Shown here: in pieces, positions 49,287-52,934 of the stretch
Position numbering within the stretch: the stretch's first letter is position 1
Layout: every line of letters starts with the position of its first letter
NCBI GenBank assembly: GCA_945869825.1
Contig: CAMBQF010000003.1
Coordinates: 1-52,934 of the forward strand
Origin: Chitinophaga pinensis
GTDB lineage: Bacteria > Bacteroidota > Bacteroidia > CAMBQF01
Direction: 5' to 3'
DNA length: 52,934 bases
Notes under the pieces: model-generated
Told to the model about the DNA's origin: nothing
The model's input: only the letters and a program-made list of their open reading frames with translations
The model's database searches: none
Position numbers and translations under genes: made by a program

Positions 49287-50278
49287 CGTTTCAGCAGGTA
49301 CCGCACACGGTCGTCTATAATGTTTACAGACGAGGTGTTCTTTGGGCTTTCGGCCACTGTAAGTTTTATATTATCGGCGGTTTGGGTAAGCACATTGCGG
49401 CAATCGGCCACTACCCTAAACTCGTTAGGTTTTATGCCAGCATAATAGCTAAGCGGCACACGGTATTTTACAATAGCCTTGGCCGGCACCAATACCACCT
49501 TAGCGCCCGGCGGCACATTAACCTGCTCAATAGGCACTTCCAGCGTACCTTCTGTAAACTCCTGCACATCAACCTTAACGCCAACCGTGTTGGGGCTCAT
49601 TTGTATTTCAGAACCAAAACCATTACGGGCAATTTTGACGCGGTCTTCAAAAGGCGCTTCAATATCGTCTTTAGTAAGCAATTCGGTCTCAACAAAATCA
49701 ATACGGTCTATTTGCGATTTTGGCCCGTTGATGGTAATACTATCGGGCGATATAACAGGTTCGGCCGAGAGCATGTACTGTTTCCTAAAATCAAATTCAG
49801 TTTTTAGTACCACGGCCACCTTTTTACCAGCTCTTTCGCTGGCGCTAACAAAAAGTGTATCGGGCTCTACCTTAAGCACCTTTGCATCATTACTAAGCTG
49901 GCGTGCAATAACCTCGGGCTTGTAGTTAAGCAACACATACGCCTCGTTACGGCGGTTGTTGCGGAATATGCGGTAGTTATTAAAATCAACGGTGATGGAA
50001 TGCGCTTCGTTACGAAAACGGTAACCTACAATATTGTACCCATAATCTTCCAGTTCTAAAGAAACCTGGCGAGGCAGGTTAACATCTTTAACCCCAAAGC
50101 TATTGGCATTTTGGTATAGCACCTCAAAATCTACCAACACCTTATACGGGCGGGTAAGGGCGGTAAGCACCCATAAAAAGCCTGCCACCACTACGCATAC
50201 ACCAAATGCCAAAAGCCTGCCGCCGGGCCTGAAAAGCTTGCGCAGGGTTCTGGATGTAAATATGTCGCCAATTTCCAC
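49283..50278 (-). CDS. YbbR/CdaR-like domain protein
   Basis: N-terminal TM, PDSITINGP, and position between yajC and coaE. Confidence 0.8.
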   Translation of the reverse strand: MEIGDIFTSRTLRKLFRPGGRLLAFGVCVVVAGFLWVLTALTRPYKVLVDFEVLYQNANSFGVKDVNLPRQVSLELEDYGYNIVGYRFRNEAHSITVDFNNYRIFRNNRRNEAYVLLNYKPEVIARQLSNDAKVLKVEPDTLFVSASERAGKKVAVVLKTEFDFRKQYMLSAEPVISPDSITINGPKSQIDRIDFVETELLTKDDIEAPFEDRVKIARNGFGSEIQMSPNTVGVKVDVQEFTEGTLEVPIEQVNVPPGAKVVLVPAKAIVKYRVPLSYYAGIKPNEFRVVADCRNVLTQTADNIKLTVAESPKNTSSVNIIDDRVRYLLKR

Positions 50279-50314
50279 AGGGGAGCCGTTTAAGGCAAAT
50301 ATAACAAAAGCTTG

Positions 50315-50653
50315 TTAGCTAGCCTTGTTTAATGCTGCTGAAGCTTCTTGCGATATAGCGGTTTTGTCAATTTTAAGCTTGCCACCGCCCTCGGTTTCAA
50401 TAATTACAGTAGCATCGCTTATCTCGGCAATTTTGCCGTGTACGCCACCAATGGTAACTATTTTATCGCCTTTTTTAATTCCCTCGCGGAAAAGTTTGGC
50501 TTCTTTAGCTTTTTTAGTTTGGGGGCGAATCATAAAAAAATAAAACACCAAAGCCATCATACCCAACATAGGTAATAATGTGCCAAGGCCACCGCCGCCC
50601 TGGGCTCCGCCTTGTGGTGGGCCCATTAAGAAAATTGATAAAAGGGTTGTCAT
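50315..50653 (-). CDS. yajC: Preprotein translocase subunit YajC
   Basis: FYFFMIRPQ and KKGDKIVTIGGVHG. Confidence 0.95.
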   Translation of the reverse strand: MTTLLSIFLMGPPQGGAQGGGGLGTLLPMLGMMALVFYFFMIRPQTKKAKEAKLFREGIKKGDKIVTIGGVHGKIAEISDATVIIETEGGGKLKIDKTAISQEASAALNKAS

Positions 50654-50677
50654 TTGTATGGTATATAATACTGATTT

Positions 50678-51130
50678 TTACTTTTTTACAAAACCGCGCA
50701 ACTTAAGTATAATTTTATTGGGCTGCGTGTTAGCTATTACGGTAATGGTTTTAACCACTTCGCCATCGCTGCCTTTGTTGGCTGAGTCAAAATCTACTTT
50801 AATCTCACCGCTATCTCCGGGGCTGATAGGTTCTTCAGGATACTCGGGAACGGTGCAACCGCACGATGTTTTTGTATCGGCAATAATTAAGTTCCCCTTA
50901 CCTGTATTTTTAAACTTGAAGTTAAACTTAACATGGTCGCCTTCTTGAATAGTGCCATAGTTATATTCTACCGTTTCGAACTCCATTTTAGGCAGGGTCT
51001 CAGGATCGTAATCGCCCGATGCTGTTGCAGGGTTGTTTACATCGCCGGCATTAATACCGCCTTTACCATCTCCACAGCTATTAAAAACTAATACTGAAGC
51101 GGCTACTAAGGCTATAATAATCTTTTTCAT
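50678..51130 (-). CDS. DUF1573 domain lipoprotein
   Basis: Lipobox FNSC, FKNTGKGNL, SCGCTVP and PISPG. Confidence 0.9.
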   Translation of the reverse strand: MKKIIIALVAASVLVFNSCGDGKGGINAGDVNNPATASGDYDPETLPKMEFETVEYNYGTIQEGDHVKFNFKFKNTGKGNLIIADTKTSCGCTVPEYPEEPISPGDSGEIKVDFDSANKGSDGEVVKTITVIANTQPNKIILKLRGFVKK

Positions 51131-51162
51131 GGTACTTGTTGCAATTAAGGCAGCAAAGGTAG

Positions 51163-51930
51163 TTAAAAATCAACCTCTACTACAAGGGGGCAATGGTCAG
51201 AATGACGTGCATCGGGCAATATTATTGCACGGCTTAGCGAACTATCTAAAGGTGTGCTTGCCAAATGATAATCAATACGCCAGCCCAGGTTTTTAGCGCG
51301 GGCATTAAAGCGGAAGCTCCACCAGGTGTAATTGTGGGGCTCCTGGTTAAACTTGCGGAAGGTATCGGTAAAGCCTGAATTCATAAACCCATCAATCCAC
51401 TCGCGCTCTTCAGGTAAAAAGCCGCTGCTTTTGGCATTGCTCTTAGGGTTGTGTATGTCGATAGGCCTATGGCAAATGTTATAATCGCCTGAGATAATAA
51501 GGTTTGGGCGGCTTTGCTTAAGCGTATCAATATAGGGTTGAAAATCGGCCAGGAACTGCATTTTAAACGCCTGCCTTTCGTCGCCACTGCTGCCTGAAGG
51601 CATGTACACACTCATTACCGATACATCGCCAAAATCGGCACGGATAATACGGCCTTCGTTATCGTACGCTTCAATACCACAGCCATATTCAACCAATGTT
51701 GGGGTTATGCGGGTAAGTATAGCGGTACCGCTGTAGCCTTTTTTTTGCGCGGGGTACCAGTAGCAGCTGTAGCCTAATGCTTCAAAAATATGTTGTTCTA
51801 TCTGGTCGGGCTCGGCTTTAACCTCTTGCAGGCAAACCACATCAGCATCGGTAGCCTTAAGCCATTCAGCAAACCCCTTAGACATAGCCGAGCGTATGCC
51901 GTTTACGTTGTACGATATAATTTTTTTCAT
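51163..51930 (-). CDS. xth: Exodeoxyribonuclease III
   Basis: SYNVNGIRS, CLQEVK, GDYNICH, GWRIDY and SDHCP. Confidence 0.96.
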   Translation of the reverse strand: MKKIISYNVNGIRSAMSKGFAEWLKATDADVVCLQEVKAEPDQIEQHIFEALGYSCYWYPAQKKGYSGTAILTRITPTLVEYGCGIEAYDNEGRIIRADFGDVSVMSVYMPSGSSGDERQAFKMQFLADFQPYIDTLKQSRPNLIISGDYNICHRPIDIHNPKSNAKSSGFLPEEREWIDGFMNSGFTDTFRKFNQEPHNYTWWSFRFNARAKNLGWRIDYHLASTPLDSSLSRAIILPDARHSDHCPLVVEVDF

Positions 51931-52010
51931 AAATTAACGTTTATTCTTGTTAATACCTTTTCAAACTAGTTGCTGTGCGAATTATTTGAAGCGGTTAACT
52001 TGCAGCTACT

Positions 52011-52934
52011 ATGCGTTGGCGGTTTATATGTGTTTTTTCTGTTTTCCTGTTGATGCTTTTGTCTACCCTGGCAAAGGCACAAACAGGCAGCAACCTGCGT
52101 ACGCAATACATTAGCACCGCCAAAGATACGGTACAACTAGACAGTTTAAGTATCATTCCGGGGTCGTTTTTTATCCACAATACCGCAGGCGATAGCGTAG
52201 CTGAAAACCTGTACACTTTTGATTTTATAAATGCCCAGCTGATATGGAACCGCAAGGCGCTTAACCAATTAGGTGTGGTGCGCGATACCGTATACGAGGC
52301 CAACTTCCGCGTGTTCCCTACCCGCTTAAACAAGCCCGTGGCACATAAAACCATGGCCACCGTAAACCAGGTAAATAAGGGCTATACCAACCCCTTCCAA
52401 ATTAAGGGCGACCAAACGCGGGAGGATATTTTTAAGTTTGACGGCTTGCAGAAAAGCGGAGCCATATCGCGCGGTATAAGCTTTGGCAACAACCAGGATG
52501 TGGTGGTAAACTCCAACCTCAACCTGCAACTATCGGGCAAGATTGGCGATAATATTGAACTTACGGCAGCTATTACTGATGATAACATCCCTATTCAGCC
52601 TGATGGGAATACGCAGCAGCTGCAAGACTTTGACCGGGTATACATTCAGCTGGCGAATGAGAACACCAAACTTATTGCAGGCGACTTCCAGATAAACCGC
52701 CCTGAGAGTTACTTTATGAACTTTAACAAGCGGCTAAAGGGCGGTAGCTTTACTACAAAATTTACGGCACTGAAAAACAGCGAGGGCAAGGTGATAGCCA
52801 CCAATAAAATATCGGCATCCATAGCCATTGCGCGGGGGCGTTTTGCACGTAACCAAATACAAGGTGTAGAGGGCAACCAGGGGCCGTACCGCCTGCGGGG
52901 CAATAACAACGAGGTGTTTATCATTATCCTTTCA
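52011..52934 (+). CDS. Large exported/outer-membrane protein, 3'-truncated by the window edge and absent from the ORF track
   Basis: Frame from ATG 52011 reads MRWRFICVFSVFLLMLLSTLAKAQ (signal peptide)...GAISRGISFGNNQDVVVNSNLNLQLSGKI...DNIPIQPDGNTQQLQDFDRV...GVEGNQGPYRL, with no stop seen. Confidence 0.85.
   Translation, partial: MRWRFICVFSVFLLMLLSTLAKAQTGSNLRTQYISTAKDTVQLDSLSIIPGSFFIHNTAGDSVAENLYTFDFINAQLIWNRKALNQLGVVRDTVYEANFRVFPTRLNKPVAHKTMATVNQVNKGYTNPFQIKGDQTREDIFKFDGLQKSGAISRGISFGNNQDVVVNSNLNLQLSGKIGDNIELTAAITDDNIPIQPDGNTQQLQDFDRVYIQLANENTKLIAGDFQINRPESYFMNFNKRLKGGSFTTKFTALKNSEGKVIATNKISASIAIARGRFARNQIQGVEGNQGPYRLRGNNNEVFIIILS

Noticed and set aside
51995-52924. Four minus-strand ORFs in the track
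   Set aside because: They are antisense shadows of the plus-strand gene starting at 52011.

Overview
Bacteroidota chromosomal window, judged from repeated TAnnTTTG -7 promoter boxes, a CusA-TolC fusion, long-form IspG and the ileS-dksA-lspA and DUF1573-yajC-YbbR-coaE gene orders. Most of it is housekeeping: kup, an ABC exporter, rpoN, tRNA-His, copA, ispG, aconitase, gltA, recQ, ileS, lspA, coaE, yajC and xth. There are three accessory blocks. (1) A TetR-TolC-MFP-RND efflux operon with a clear operator. (2) A heavy-metal RND operon that also carries a DUF2231-like membrane protein and a di-heme c-type cytochrome lipoprotein. (3) A seven-gene sugar-modification cluster: GT2, two paralogous deacetylases, an orphan, a GMC oxidoreductase, an epimerase and a GNAT. 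GC-rich palindromic (REP-like) elements occur between genes, in a composite array upstream of ileS, and in frame inside protein-coding genes. Two real genes are missing from the ORF track (46871-47050 and 52011 to the window end). No CRISPR array, rRNA, transposase or integrase was seen. All family assignments come from motif recognition, not database searches.
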